Positions 37,801 to 51,480 of a DNA stretch of 64,000 nt are shown here, in pieces. Made by a program: the position numbers and the translations under genes. Origin of the DNA: Iphione sp. A-MEVVRFRX5 (lineage: Eukaryota); contig OZ320317.1 in the NCBI GenBank assembly GCA_976226885.1, positions 51,522,001 through 51,586,000 on the forward strand. Reading direction: 5' to 3'. The notes beneath the pieces were generated by a model. It worked only from the letters and a program-made list of their open reading frames with translations, made no database searches and was not told where the DNA came from. Each line of letters begins with the position of its first letter. The first letter of the stretch is position 1.

Positions 37801-40343
37801 GAATACCATGGTATATATTTTCCAACCAATTACTTGCATTTCTAGGCACACCTTGACAGAAGGTGCTAATTTGGTGTTTATTTCATCAAACTCCTTGCTG
37901 GAGACAAAAGGGTACGGGACCAGGGCCCGTTTCAAAGTTCTACTTGTGGACCCAGTGCTTATGGTTCAGTTAAGAATCCTTTGGACTGAACGTGGAAACA
38001 TTTCTCTTTGAAGAAAGGTAACGGGGTACTTTACAGTTATTTGCCGTCCACTATTATAATATTATGCAATGGCTTGTTGTTCCCAGAGAAAAGAGTCCTA
38101 TTAGGTAAAACTATAAGGTGAGGCTCTTGACCAGAGAATTCCTAATGAAATCTGCGGTATGTCAGTTTCTGTTGCTCCCATGCAGCAGAAAAGTCTGTAA
38201 TATTTATTCTTTTCACATTTTTGGCTACGTCAGTTTAATATTTGACATACAGCCGAAAACACGACAACAGCAGAATATACAGTCATATGGGACCACAATC
38301 CCCTGTGTATAGGTAAAATCAGGTGACAAAACAAAGCTTGTTACATGTTTGTCCACTAGACACGATGTACTCAAAATGCCAGTATTGTCCCTTTAGATTG
38401 GTGCAAAGCAATCATGTTTAAATTCGAGTATTCTGAGCCGTGTGACACATTACCAGGTGGAACGGATAGGACGAAGAAGTCGAAACTAGACGGTGGAGGG
38501 GTCGGAAGGCCGTCCTGTCGACAAGTCAATTCCGTGATTACTGATAGCCCTTCCTGAGAGGGTTATGTTTGTTCCACGGTAGGCTGTATCTCCAGTTCTA
38601 GAGGTCCTCGTTGGACAGGGTCAGTGCTTAAATGCAAAGAAATCCTGATCTAAATGCCTTTCCCACCTTAACCCTCTCCTGGCCACCATAAACAGGCCTT
38701 TCAGTAGATACAACTATCATATAAGTTATGATTTAGCACTACTAGCCTTGTGGTGATGTTTGCTATATCATTCTATATATCAAACTAAACGATTTGAAAT
38801 GGAGCTTCTTCTGTGATAGTACCATTTTATTTCATCGGTTAACATAGTAATATCACACAGTTGAATATTGGGTGTTATGGAGTGAAATTTGTTTAAATTT
38901 TCATAAATTTACATAATTTCCAATAAAACAACAATAAATTTTTACTTTAGAGAAAAGTAACTAATTACAAAATGTTCAGAAAGTGTTTTGCTGCATTTTC
39001 ATGTACAGATTGTTTATATGTGTGAAGGTAGTCATGTTTTATGAATATCTGTGATGTCATATGTTCAATGCCAAAATGGCTCATTTTGACATCACTGACT
39101 TCATTGATGTAAGAGTAAAGAATGTTGATATGTCACCATGGCAACAGAACACAGGAATAATTCAAAATTTTAGTTTGATTTGCATCCTTATGAAGTAAGA
39201 TAAATATTTTATAAAATGTTTGGTATAAAAATATGTCCTTCTGGTATTGATGGTTTCATATTCATTACACAAATCATCATATAATGAAGATTCTAACATA
39301 AACCATAAGCCATAAGTTATTATCAGGATGACTTGGGGTTCCATATTAACTATATGTTTTTCTTTTAGTATAAAGGATGGAAACCTTTCAAAAATGTTTA
39401 TAAGTAAAGGAAATTATAAATTCTTAATAACAGATTCAGACATTCAGATAAATTAATGAAAACTTATATTTTGTAGGACACAGTTAATGGGTTAAAATGT
39501 ATGGTTTCCCTTGTTAAATTGGCAAGAAAAAAAACTGATTGAAATCCCAATTGGTCATGTGACCTGTTTCCATGGAAACAATAATTTCATGAATATGTTA
39601 GTAAATATAAGAAGTAGAAGACTAGGTGACCACATTTCAATAAATGACACACAGACTTATTTAAAAATCACATTTATAGAAAGACAAGAAAACCATCATC
39701 CATATGTGGATGATATAGCATTGGTCGGCCAGGAAAGGACGTGTGTTGCTTGAGTTGGACCATGTGCTTGTAAATGATGATAAATTGTAGCATGTAGAAA
39801 GAAAGGTCTGAGGCATTTCCTTACAAAAAAAAGGATGAGGGCTTTAGCCTTAGTCTTTTATTGTTAGTAAATTAACGCCAAGGACCTTATGTAATTTAAA
39901 CGATCCCACCCTCAACTAAGCAATTTGTCGACACAGTCTACAGAATTTGGTTCACTGAGTCAATACGAGATGGTTTTTTATGTCATTAACACATTTGGAT
40001 TAGGAGAGAGAAAGATTTTCAATTGCATATTACCTACGGCCATCTAAAGATGTTTTAAGTCATGACAATATGAGGAATCTTAATGAAAGTTGTGCTAAAG
40101 ATGTCCTTCATTCAGAAAATAAAGGAAATATAATCCAAGAGTTGTTACTTGCATTACAAACCAGGTTACAGTAATGTACTGGTGCTACAGGTATGTATAT
40201 GGAAAACTGCGTTAGGCTAAAAACATCTTTAATTTTATTGTAGGCTTTGCTAAGATATGTTTAATTCGTGAAATTCGGATATGATTTGCATTTTGGTCGC
40301 ACATATACATTTAATATATGAATGTATACATGTGAGAGAGAGA

Positions 40344-40488
40344 NNNNNNNNNNNNNNNNNNNNNNNNNNNNNNNNNNNNNNNNNNNNNNNNNNNNNNNNN
40401 NNNNNNNNNNNNNNNNNNNNNNNNNNNNNNNNNNNNNNNNNNNNNNNNNNNNNNNNNNNNNNNNNNNNNNNNNNNNNNNNNNNNNNNN
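40344..40488. other. Assembly gap (145 N) within a (GA)n tract
   Basis: N run flanked by gagagagaga on the left and aggagaaagaga on the right. Confidence 0.98.
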
Positions 40489-40574
40489 AGGAGAAAGAGA
40501 GGGGACAGAGAAAGGAGGGACAGAAAGCAAGGGAGATACAGAGGATGAAATATACTGATACACTACAACCAGTG

Positions 40575-40645
40575 ACTGGACGAGACCATGGGTAAGGCAT
40601 AGGGAAAGTGAAGCGAACAATACCGGTTTGAGTCCCCAGCCAGGT
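40575..40645 (+). mobile_element. Possible decayed tRNA-derived SINE head
   Basis: D-loop-like GGTAAGGCA (40591) and B-box-like GGTTTGAGTCCC (40625) are 34 nt apart, as in tRNA; cloverleaf stems do not form. Confidence 0.3.
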
Positions 40646-42084
40646 AGGAAAAGGCGGCGCATGAAAACACTGAAACGACGCAATATTAACAGGAGATTGC
40701 ATAGAATAAAGTACTTTGGAGTTAGATAGGAATATAGATGCATAGATGAACCAAAGTAGTTTAAATAAACTTTTGGCGGTGTGCCTTGAATGAGAAAATG
40801 AGTTTAACACCTCAACAATTTAACACTGCCAATTTAAATGTTTGTGGAATTGTATGACTTAAAGTCTACCCGGGATATAGTATCAAAGCGCCATGCGTTC
40901 CCTTCCAGATCTTTACGGGGGAAATGGTTCTTAGATGCTAAAAGACCGCTAAAAAATACCCATTTAATCAACACTGAATGTCTCGAATGAGCAATTTACT
41001 AAAATTGTTCTCATTCACTAAGCGTTCATCGTATGCAAGCCATTTAAGTATCTATCCTCGGTATTAAAGTGGACAGAAGTTCAAACTAGTCCCACTGGTG
41101 ATTCCTTTTCTCCGTAGGGAACTGCAGAAGGGAATGCAATACTGACAAAGTGTGATCCGTGTTAGACCTGACGGGAATAGAACTATATATGTCCTCTATG
41201 AAAGGCTTAATTGTAAAACCGTGTTAGACGGCGCTCCAAAAGCTTTTCGGGTACCCCTCTTTGCCATCTTTACGTATTTAAAGCGATGGGCCCAACCATC
41301 ATACACTTGAGTCTTCTTCTTTGAAAAATGCGGCATTTCTCTTTGTCTCTGTACATAACATGTTTGGTGTGTGAAAGCTGGAATAGTAGTCCTAAGCATG
41401 CAGGTACATATTTAGCTGTTAACTATTCCAACTGATGGCTGAGGGGTAGGAACTGACTGTAGCAGCTAAAGTGAGTCCTAAAGTTAAGTCCTAACTATCA
41501 CCGCCCCAAATGTGAGGTAGTTTTTTGTCACTTATCAACATGGTGCACTGTTTTGCCCTAGCTTCGTAATGGCGAATGCACACTGTACCAATTACCATGC
41601 CCATTTTCCCTCCAAAGGAAAAATGGCCCTAAATGGACAGAATCGTACATAAACACACTCTATACCGTTAAAGAGAAAGAGACTATAGGCTCTCAATTCA
41701 ACAGGTACCAGTCTGTCACTTAGGCCTGCCATCCATAGGTCTGCATTATTTTTCTTGACCCACATATGTGCATCTGGAAAAAAATTACACTATCACAATT
41801 TACAGGGCCTTCTATCATCCAATCAGATTGAAGAAATGTTACTTCCTGTTTGATGGAATAGGACGTCACACCAAACGTAAGTGAAATAATCATTTAAGTG
41901 ACTTGACCAGAAGTCTGAAAGATGAATATTTGTTAAATTTAAGGTATAACCCAAATTAGAACACGCTTTAAGTATGTTTGCTCATCCATGGTCAATGTAC
42001 CATCGCCTGAGGCCGAGGCTGAGGGTACATTGACCATGCCCTCGCAAACATATTTAAAGGGGTTGCCCCAGACTTCATCGCAGT

Positions 42085-42465
42085 GGGTCCCTCACAGGCA
42101 AAATGGAAGGAAATGTGTTCAGGAGCCACACCAAAATGAACTGCAGAAGCAACAATTTGGTGTATGTAATTACATGCACCCAATACAGCATTCAATACGT
42201 AGGAGTGACAAAAAGGTCAATAGTAGACAGGTTTAACAATCACAAGTTTGACATCAATCATAACACCGTCATGACCGTAGTGAGACACTTCAACACATGT
42301 CTGGATCATCTGGCAGACATGTGGTGGTCAGTTTCTATCTCAGTGGTGGAATGTTTCAAATTCCTAGCAGATGGTGCATTGTGACACCAACACAAAAAGA
42401 TAGAACACGGGTGAATTCACTGACTTAAAATGGTTGTGCCAAAGGGCTTAAATTATTTCGACTAG
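42085..42465 (+). mobile_element. Penelope-like element remnant: decayed GIY-YIG endonuclease C-terminus
   Basis: KMNCRSNNLVYVITCTQYSIQYVGVTKRSIVDRFNNHKFDI...VVRHFN matches the PLE pattern C.S.N.VY.I.C..C...YVG.T.R....R...H...I...V..HF; a frameshifted tail reads VVPKGLNYFD* (P.GLN). Confidence 0.85.
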
Positions 42466-42878
42466 ACCAAAGGGAACTGGCCACAATATGTCGTCTGAAT
42501 GCACTTGAAAAAGTCCATACACATGGAAATCTGGCCGAAGGAATGGTTTCCATCTGTCTCGATTTTGTCACAGCGGTTAAGTGGGTTTTTCGATCGTTGT
42601 CTCAAGGATTAACACCTGATGTCGTGGGCCAATAGGCCCGAGGCAGAGGGTGTTAATCCCTGAAACAATGATAAAAAATACACTTAAAAATCTGCATTTA
42701 ATTTAGTGTCTTAGACATAGAAAATATATATCATTCCAAATACAAAACCACCGCTGGGCATTATCCTCAGGATTAACGCCCTCCTTTGGTCCACTCCTCT
42801 CTATAAGCAACGTCATGGCATGAGTGTTAGAACTCTGGACATCCTATACATGTGTCCAGAAAAGACTGATTCTATGAC

Positions 42879-43390
42879 AGACAGAGCTGTTTACTTGTGT
42901 CCAAATTCCGAGCTCTGGGCTCTGGGCTATGGAGATGTCTGTAGTTCAAAACGAACAGTGTCCGTAACTTCCTTCAGACTCCAGACCCACACGGACCCAC
43001 ACAGACCGGTAGGCTAGTGACGTGAGAGGAAGTTTGTCTAAATAGCGGCCACGGCAGAAGGGGACTGTATTCTTGAGTGTAACCCATTCCGGACAGGTAT
43101 ACAGTGGAGTCTCTATTTGCGACCACACCAATTTACAACCATTCTTGCTAATGCGACCACTTCACCTGGGAACCAAACCTTGATCTCTTATGTTGGCAAT
43201 ATCCTATTTCCGACCAAATTCACTTACACGACCATTTTTGGTGGGACCTGAGAGGTGGCCGCAAATAGAGATCCACTGTACATGCAATGACTCTCTCCGT
43301 GACGGGCCGGACAGGTCTGGAAAATCGGTCAAATTCGCCAGACCCTCCTGTATACGGAAATGAAAATCCGGACACATGGAACTTGCGGCC
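42879..43390. mobile_element. Degenerate Harbinger-like MITE related to the 5496 and 34319 elements
   Basis: Right end ggacacatggaacttgcggcc; weak left end gagctgtttacttgtgtcc; shares 19 bp (tttgaccgattttccagac, reverse strand) with 5521-5539. Confidence 0.35.
43102..43278. mobile_element. Tc1/mariner-type MITE (177 bp) with TA TSD
   Basis: ta|CAGTGGAGTCTCTATTTGCGACCAC ... GTGGCCGCAAATAGAGATCCACTG|ta; TIRs differ by one mismatch and one indel. Confidence 0.85.
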
Positions 43391-46300
43391 TTGCAGATGT
43401 AAAGGCCGCAACTTAGACTGTAATTTAGACACTTGTTGCGATGACTAGGCTGTGGACCAAATACAGACCTTACGTAAAAACCACAGGCAGAATGTGAATG
43501 GCTTGACATCAGCATCAAGACACTATTTTTTTAAATAGCAGTACTTTTAATAATCTCCCGAATCTTCCTAGCTGCGCTCAATGTCAGTGACAGATCTCGG
43601 TGGGTTGGAGCGTGAAGAATCCGCTGATCTACATACATACGTAGCATACAAAGACAGAGCTGAAAGAACAGCTCCTCTTCATACGTCAATATACGAATGC
43701 AAGTTACCTCCAGATAGGAGAGAAACATTTGTAGCATTTAGGAACATCGACGTATTAGTTGAATACGAATCCAACTAGGCGCATACAAAATTCAGATCAT
43801 ACCACCTCTCTAAACTATCTGCACCAGAAATCTATCCAAAGAGCTGCGGCTGCACGCGATCCAGATGAACACTCAGATCAACGACAATGGTCATATATTT
43901 AGGTATCATCTATATGGCGACAGCTCACCAGTACATTTCAGACTGTAGTCAATACCAAACCATTAGTTATACGTGTACACCGCCCCTTAAAAAGGGAATC
44001 GGCCCCTTTCTAGCAATCGCTCACTTGCGTGGTGTTCTAGTTATTCTAATATACCGCAAGACTTTCAACAATGCAGAGAAGGTCGGTTACGGGGACAGCT
44101 TAATTTCGATTGAGTGACAGGAGGAGTCCACGTAATCAGTGCACAACTGAATTTCTTGATTATCGTGTCACCTGCATTCGCGAGAATAGTCGTCCGGGTA
44201 ATACTGGCTCACTTATGTTTTACATGTTTACAAGCCTTTTCTATACCATCTATTGATGACCTCATCACTACGTCACTACCATGCTGGTCTCCTAGGTTGA
44301 CAATCGTGTTTGATGGGTACACGACGACAGGGCTCTATCAATCACTCGGTATCACATTTTCTATAAAATGGTGATCATTAGGAATTGTTCAAGCTGTAAA
44401 TACACAATGTATGAAAGAAGATTATCCATTTCTGGGACATGATTACCATGGGACCTGCCTGATTTATTTGATTGTAAAGTTAGTGCATAAATATTCACAA
44501 TATATCAGTACTTTGTGTACAGTGGTAGGGGAGTGCGGGATGCGCGTGAATATTCATGACGTAGTAGTGTTTTTTGTACATGTATATCTATTGGTAGTTT
44601 ATATTATAGGATACTCAATATTCCTCCTGTGGTTATCTGACATATTTTAATAATGGGACCATCTGTTGCTGAGGATTAAGATTATTCAAATCTGACCATG
44701 TGTGCATTGGACAATAACCTGTTCTACAGAGATGAACTATGCTACCGGTCTATATTCTCTCTATAAGTGTTCACGTCTTTACGTAATGACTTCTCTAGAG
44801 CAGCGAGAGACTCGAACTTCCCGATGTGACTGTACATGTACATGGGCAATTAGTTATGCCTCATTATAATGGCAATTGTTATAACAGGGGAAATGCCACC
44901 ACATCAATTCTCATTAGAGCTAATCACTGTGTTCAGTGTTTGAAAATGAAAACATTAACACAATCTTAACGGAAGAAATATCCAATTTCCCTTCAACACT
45001 TGCGTGCGATTTCTACCCGAAATTGGATCATCTTCAATATTCCCACGTTTCTTCAAGGTGAAAGCTTTGGTTACTGATGTGATACCTTGGTGTGAACAGG
45101 TCATTTCGGATGTAGACAATGTCTAGCCATCACTCTCGCTGTTATGACACTCAGCCGAGTAGACAACGGGTGTAGGAAGCATTTCCGCACACATATATGT
45201 ATAAATGCTTGATTTTCTTGTCCAAAGCTTTACTGTAGTAACCCATCCTAAGAATAATTCAGGTAGTAGGGAGACACTTGGGAAAAAGCCAGTTTGTCTG
45301 TCCCAACTGATATCAAGTGTCGTTAAATATAATAGATGTAAAAGTGATGTTACTGGATCCTGGGTACCGTTCACAACTCATGGAGATGATGTTTTGCATG
45401 TTTCTATTATCATTCTACGGTATGTAACCAATAAATTGATATTATACATAATTATGTGCATAAATAATATACATATAAAATATTATCCTACGGTAGATCC
45501 GGCAGGTTTGAAGGCAGATATATCACGAGAGAAAGAAAGTATTATTACTGGAATGTACTTGTGCTGATGCATATTATTAAATTCTTGCAAGTATATGTTG
45601 TAGGTTTAGGGAAAAAAAGAAAAACTATGTTTAATGCAAAATGGCCTGACTAAAGTGAGAGAGGGAAGACAAAGAAGGTCGTTGGATGCCGAGAAAGGGA
45701 GGAAGGGTGAGCAAGGTGGGGAGAGAGAAAGCATTCGACAAGGATGCCTTATTTATGAGAAATCCTCAGTGATAACGGCATCACTAGTTTACCCCTCCTC
45801 TTTAGAAAGGCCCATCACTAAAAAGTGGTGAAGACGCTATCGATGTTCGCCTTACAAACATAATATAACACGGGAAAATCGTCATTTAATTTGCAAATAT
45901 GTTTGTGTAAATGTTAGTGGAACTGCAAAGAAATGCTCAAACCCAAAGGCATAAATTTAAGACCCAGTAATATGTATGACAAGTCCAATACATGTACAAA
46001 GAAATCATTGGTTCTCATTTTTTGGGAAATGTGCACGTGTATAATGATTATAAGTGCAAAATATGAATATAGCAAGCCCACAATTAGTCTTCAATGTGAT
46101 TTTGTTATATTTTGTATATTTTCTCTACTATTCAAACCTCGAAGCACAGTGGAGAAGTAAACAACTGAGCTGCCATCCACAGTAGAGCAAACAATTAGTG
46201 TAAAACATTCTTCGCTTACGGTGGGACGTATCCAACATACTCAAATGAACCTACCTATCAATGTTTTCCCAATAGAATTTTGGCATATACCCTGACATTC

Positions 46301-49300
46301 CTGACTATTGATGGAAGTTTCTATCCAGTGAAGCACACTCTACTTCTCTCCCTTTTGTCCTTATAGCTGGCCCCCAGTCAACACTTTACACTGTCTCACA
46401 ACCCTCCGCCAAGAACACTATTCATGGCTCGGTGGCCTACCTACCAGTAATGACGCAGAAGTTAACATTCGGTCAAAATAAACATTCGATAAAAAAATAA
46501 AATTCACTCAACACCTATTACTGGATCCCGTCTGGAGTACATAAAAGGAAACATGATCATCGAAACTTTCACTTGAAGCTTTCCATAAAGCACTCCAGAA
46601 TCCCTCTTAACCGGACAGCAAAGGAACTGGCCCCAAACTGTCCACATCCAGGGATGTCCTGAATAGCAGAATTACTTGAACACAGAAATATTACATTGAG
46701 CCCCTTTTCTGCCTATTAACAGTAATGTCCCTTATTATATGACTGTCTGCAATCAATGATTTTCCCGTGGTCACTTTAACATTCAGATATAAATCACACT
46801 AGTTAGTGGTTCCATTACTTTGGTCTCGAATACGATTTTGAAAAGTAGAAAACATTCGTTTGCCTGAAACATCTCTCTAAGGGAAACTCTTAATATATTT
46901 CACTATAAGCAAGTCATTTAATACCTTGATGGGATCGCAAAACGTGTACCGTGACAGGAGAGCGCCTTCAATGGTCAGATCTGACACATTTTTCACATTC
47001 TTCTTCATTCCTAATTGAGGAAAGGCCCAGTTTTTTAGGCCTTCAAACGTCAGAAGCTTCAGGTTCAAAAATTGCGACCACAAAGAGAGAACCTTGATCA
47101 AACATATGATCCTGCGAAATGATGGTGTTTTCCCCTAAAAGGGAAGTACATGTGTGCTATGTCAATATTATGCAACGGGAATACAGCTAGGTCACTGGAG
47201 ATGACGATCACCGCTGTAAACAGTGTGGGATTTTCATTTTTGTCCTCTCTTCCAGGTTATAGACTTTTTATGTAACCAGACATCTTGAATTCTACTTCTC
47301 ACCAGACGCTCGGCCAATAGAGCTGAGATCGTCGCATTCTTTAATAGACAAAAAAGCCCACATCTTCGGAGTAACCTATCTAGATAGCTAGCTCAGGTAG
47401 TCTCATGAGAATCGTCCTCAGCAAGCAACTTTTTGGATGCAAGGTGGTATTCAATGGAGCATTTCACGATTGCACCCCCCCCCCCGCAGAAAAAGCTGGC
47501 TAGACCAGTTTTCCCAAGAATAGTCCCGGTTTATCTAGTCCCCCAAAAGGCTACATGCATGGTCGGTAGGATAAACAATACAAAACCCTACCCACCCTGC
47601 AATTCCCAAGTGTGCAACAATAATGTAGTGAAGCATCACAGGCAGATCCATCACCATATGGATGTAAACAAGAAACAGTGATTCTGTCTGAGTTGGATGA
47701 TCTACATGCTCCCCCTTCTAAAACGGTATGTACAAGTCCAAAACACCAGACCAAACCGTGTAAATCTATCGTTATGGGTTTTTTTTAAGCTTTTTTACGC
47801 CATACTACGATGGGCCCTTGCGAACGAATCGGATTTAGGCATCGATGGCGGAATAGGAAATACATATATATGTACATGAACATATTGTCATATTCACCTG
47901 AGGAATATGGACAAGGAATAAGATCTTGATAGATCAGGATTTTGGTCTTTTAACGGCGAGCCATGGTTCTTAAACATAACCACCTGCTTTTGAAATAACT
48001 TTTCACGTTCTCTGGTCTGGATGATTTTAAAAATGGAGTCTAGTTTGGCAACAGTTGTATGTCGTTTTTGTGAAACAGAGCCTTTCCATGCAAAGATACT
48101 TTGGTGCTCGTTCTAAAGTCGCAGTGTCCGAGGTTTTCGTTTGGGTGGACCACGGCTACTCTCTATTCGATGAGATCCTAATTATAGTTTGTTCTGTTTG
48201 GTCCTTTTGACTGTGTGGTGACGACATTGAATTCAAATTGCATAGCAGTTAATGGAATATCGCTCAGAGTTTAGGGTGGCCAAAGTCTGTCATGTAAAAT
48301 AAAGTGTTCTTTGATTTAAAGTGCTCTGAGATTACTTGGTCCATACATAAAGGGGAAAGGGACCCATCTGTGCACTCAATATCAACAAGATAATAAGTTG
48401 GTCTTAAGAAAAACAAAGTGTGGTCCAAATTTATGGCAACCACTTAAAGTCAAAATGCATCATTATATCTTAATTTATGTGCAGTGTTATGTGCAAAGTA
48501 TTTATGAATAAGATATAAAAGAACACAATCTAAAACATGGAAGTCATTTGGAGCGACGGTATTGCTCCATCTTGTGTCTCCAGATAAAGAGATGATGTGG
48601 TGGATTATTTGATAGGTGAACGACTATGTACAGAGCATTGCATACATCTTATGTGATATATCCACGAGGTTTTCGTTACAAATTGTTTAGCTTTGCCTTT
48701 CGTTGAAGCAAGTGAATACAAATCTTGTTATTCTTTTTTTTAACACAGCAGGCTGTGTTTCCATTGATTTGGTACGTAGTGGCCGATTAAGTGCGGCTTC
48801 GTAGCCAATAATCTGCTACGGCCTGCATACTTTAGTGATTTCCACTCAAGAATTAAATACAGAAACAACCTCTACGCATTGGTAAATAACGTACATGTAT
48901 ATTACATAATTGAAGAGCCCATTAGTGGGGAGTATCTGGTGTGTATGTGTTTACAGCAATATCTCACCCAATTAATGGTGTCTTTGTGTGCATATTATAC
49001 ATGTATACTGGTACTCTCTGTTAGGAGCACTTTGCAATATTCACAGTTATAATCAAGGACCAGTTCCTGGCAGCGAACTGTACCCATCACAGCTTCAGGA
49101 TCAGGTTACTTCCAGATTAACTAATCAAGATATTTGTTTTTACTTTCAGTGAGGAGCGGGAGGTTTTGGGCTAAATGATGTAGTGGCGATGTCAAGTGTT
49201 CCTGAATAAAGAGTATTGGCAGGGCTGCCGAAATATCTCAATCTCGAATAAAAGTCACTAGCAATTCAGTAGACTTTATTAAATTAGAACGTGAAAAGGG

Positions 49301-51129
49301 ATTTAAGCATATGCATGCATCTATTTTAAGAGAAGGAGTGGGCACTAGCCCAACGCAGCCAATAAAATCATGCACAAAATCATTCACAAAAGAATAATTA
49401 TTTGGGACTCTAGATCATATTTAGACCGTCGTTGTCGCCAAATATGTTTGCCTTTTTCTGGAGGCACTAATAAACGATGTCAAATTAGCCACATATATTG
49501 AGTCACTGTAAATAATCACAAATACAAGAAAACAATTTCTGGATAGATTATAATTGTAAACTTCGCCAAAGATTAACTCCATAAGATACGTGTACCCATA
49601 GGAAAATCCTCCTGTGTCAGTTATGCAGGATAGGGAGATATACGAGAGAGGCACTTTTCCTCTCGAGATATATAGCTTACACAAGCAATTCTCCGATTGA
49701 GGAAACAGAGAAGGCGGGGCAGCTAATAGAGACCAAAGCTAAAAGTAAACTTGCCGCAAGCGCTCTGCATCTTCGGAGAACACTATTCAAATACTTGCTA
49801 GTTTCCAGAGCGTATCATCTAAGGGCCTGTAGCTACAGTGTAGACCTATGACGGTAATACTTCAAATCAAATTGCTTTAAATCAGGTTCAAGAGGAAAGA
49901 ATAAAAAGAGAGATAGCATCTCCAAAAATCAAATGCATTTTTTTACCGGCGAGGACAATGATTGGGTGCTGCGTAGTTTATGTCGGTGTCAACCATTATG
50001 TTTTAGTGGCTTGCCACTAAATCTCCAATAGTATCCGTCGTTACTGCTACATCATGCCCATTCATATTATTAAAGGTTAACTTAAAATGTTGTCTCACCT
50101 GTCATAACTGGATCTTTTAAAGCTATATATGGTAGTATTATATAAATGGTGTTTAATTAGTTACGAGATCGTTGTAAAACGCATGGATTCCTTCTCTTTT
50201 CTACAAGTCTAAGTGCTCCTTTAATAACTGGACCAGAAATTTTACTTAAGGTCTAATTGCGATGTACCTGTGCCTCCATGTACTTTGGCAGCATCGCAGG
50301 GAATTGCTTTTCACAAGGAGTGTGAGGAACTATGTATATCTAGATGTAATATGATGAACATGCTACATGGACACATGTAAGCACAGCAACATGCCGAGGG
50401 CTCTTTATGACATCGCGGCCGAAAACACACTACATGGTGTACGGACACATGGAAATTAGGCCAAAAGCTCCATTTCAAACTTTGTAATAAATGCCTTCTT
50501 ACCCATCTGAAGTATTGAATTCCATGCTCATAGGATAAAAATCCGACAATAAAAAGTGTATTTCAAATTTGTATGGACTCATCCAGGATAAGGGGATGAC
50601 TAGAAAAGGCCCCTGTTTTAATTCTTTGGGGTTTTCCGGGTTAAGGGGTTTAACCTGTTTTTGATTCCAGGTAACTTTCTTTTGACTTTCGTTAACCGCA
50701 TCTACCCACATTTTCTCTGTAAGAAATATTGATAGAAGTATTGAACCAATTACACGCATATGTATCACACAATGCGGCACGAGGGTATCTCAATCCCTGA
50801 AGCATCAGTTCCACAATACATGTAATCGTTTGAAGCCAAACCAGGAATACACAGTACAGGTGGCGAGTCCGTTAAGGAACAATGTGACAATGTCACAAGG
50901 ATGATAAAAAAAGCCGGAATGAGGCTAACAGGCTTTCGCCTGCAGGAGGATGGGGGGATTATTCACGGTAAACTATTCAAGAGGGCGCCTCGGGTCCGAG
51001 CTAATGACTCTCATTGAAAGAGTGGGACTGGGCCTGTCCTTTACTTTCACTGAGGACAAATAGGGCATGTGCTTATGGCAAACGATGCCACCGATTGGGT
51101 GTATGCTGACCGGGTTACAAAAACCAACC

Positions 51130-51480
51130 ACTTTTAACTTCGAGGAAGCGACAGGAGAGGTACAGTCTGATCCATTCAAAGCATTCCAGGTCTCAAGGTG
51201 ATATCAATCTACTTCTTCACTGGCTGACAGTTTGACAGAAGAGAATGAAGAGTGTCTGTCCATGGTAGGATGTATTTTCTGTCCAACAGTCGGTGTAGCG
51301 ACGTAGTTCCAGAGACTAATACGATATTCTCAAACCCGACGATTCCTTTGTGGAAGTTGTATAAGGATTGAAAACCACACTTTAAATGTAAAGCGGGTGG
51401 CGGGAAGCATGTCTTCTTCTATGGGTAGGTCTTGGTGTTGACCCTGCATGAGTTCTTTATATCGGCAGTCCATTTGATGC
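51130..51480 (-). mobile_element. Decayed non-LTR retrotransposon 3' ORF fragment (CR1/L2/RTE-like)
   Basis: Minus-strand pieces QSLYNFHKG (~51344-51364; L..LYK...G) and ETWNAL (51177-51188; WN.L) appear in the expected order; heavily degraded. Confidence 0.45.

Noticed and set aside
40250-40810. ORFs spanning the N run
   Set aside because: Artefacts of the assembly gap.
42504-42530. Possible Penelope hammerhead downstream of the GIY-YIG relic (cttgaaaaag-tcca...tgga-aat)
   Set aside because: Both core boxes are mutated; too degenerate to support.
47930-48110. Minus-strand WLAVKRPKS resembling the Penelope RT thumb motif (P..AF.R.KNL)
   Set aside because: A single short motif amid stops; not supportable without a translated search.
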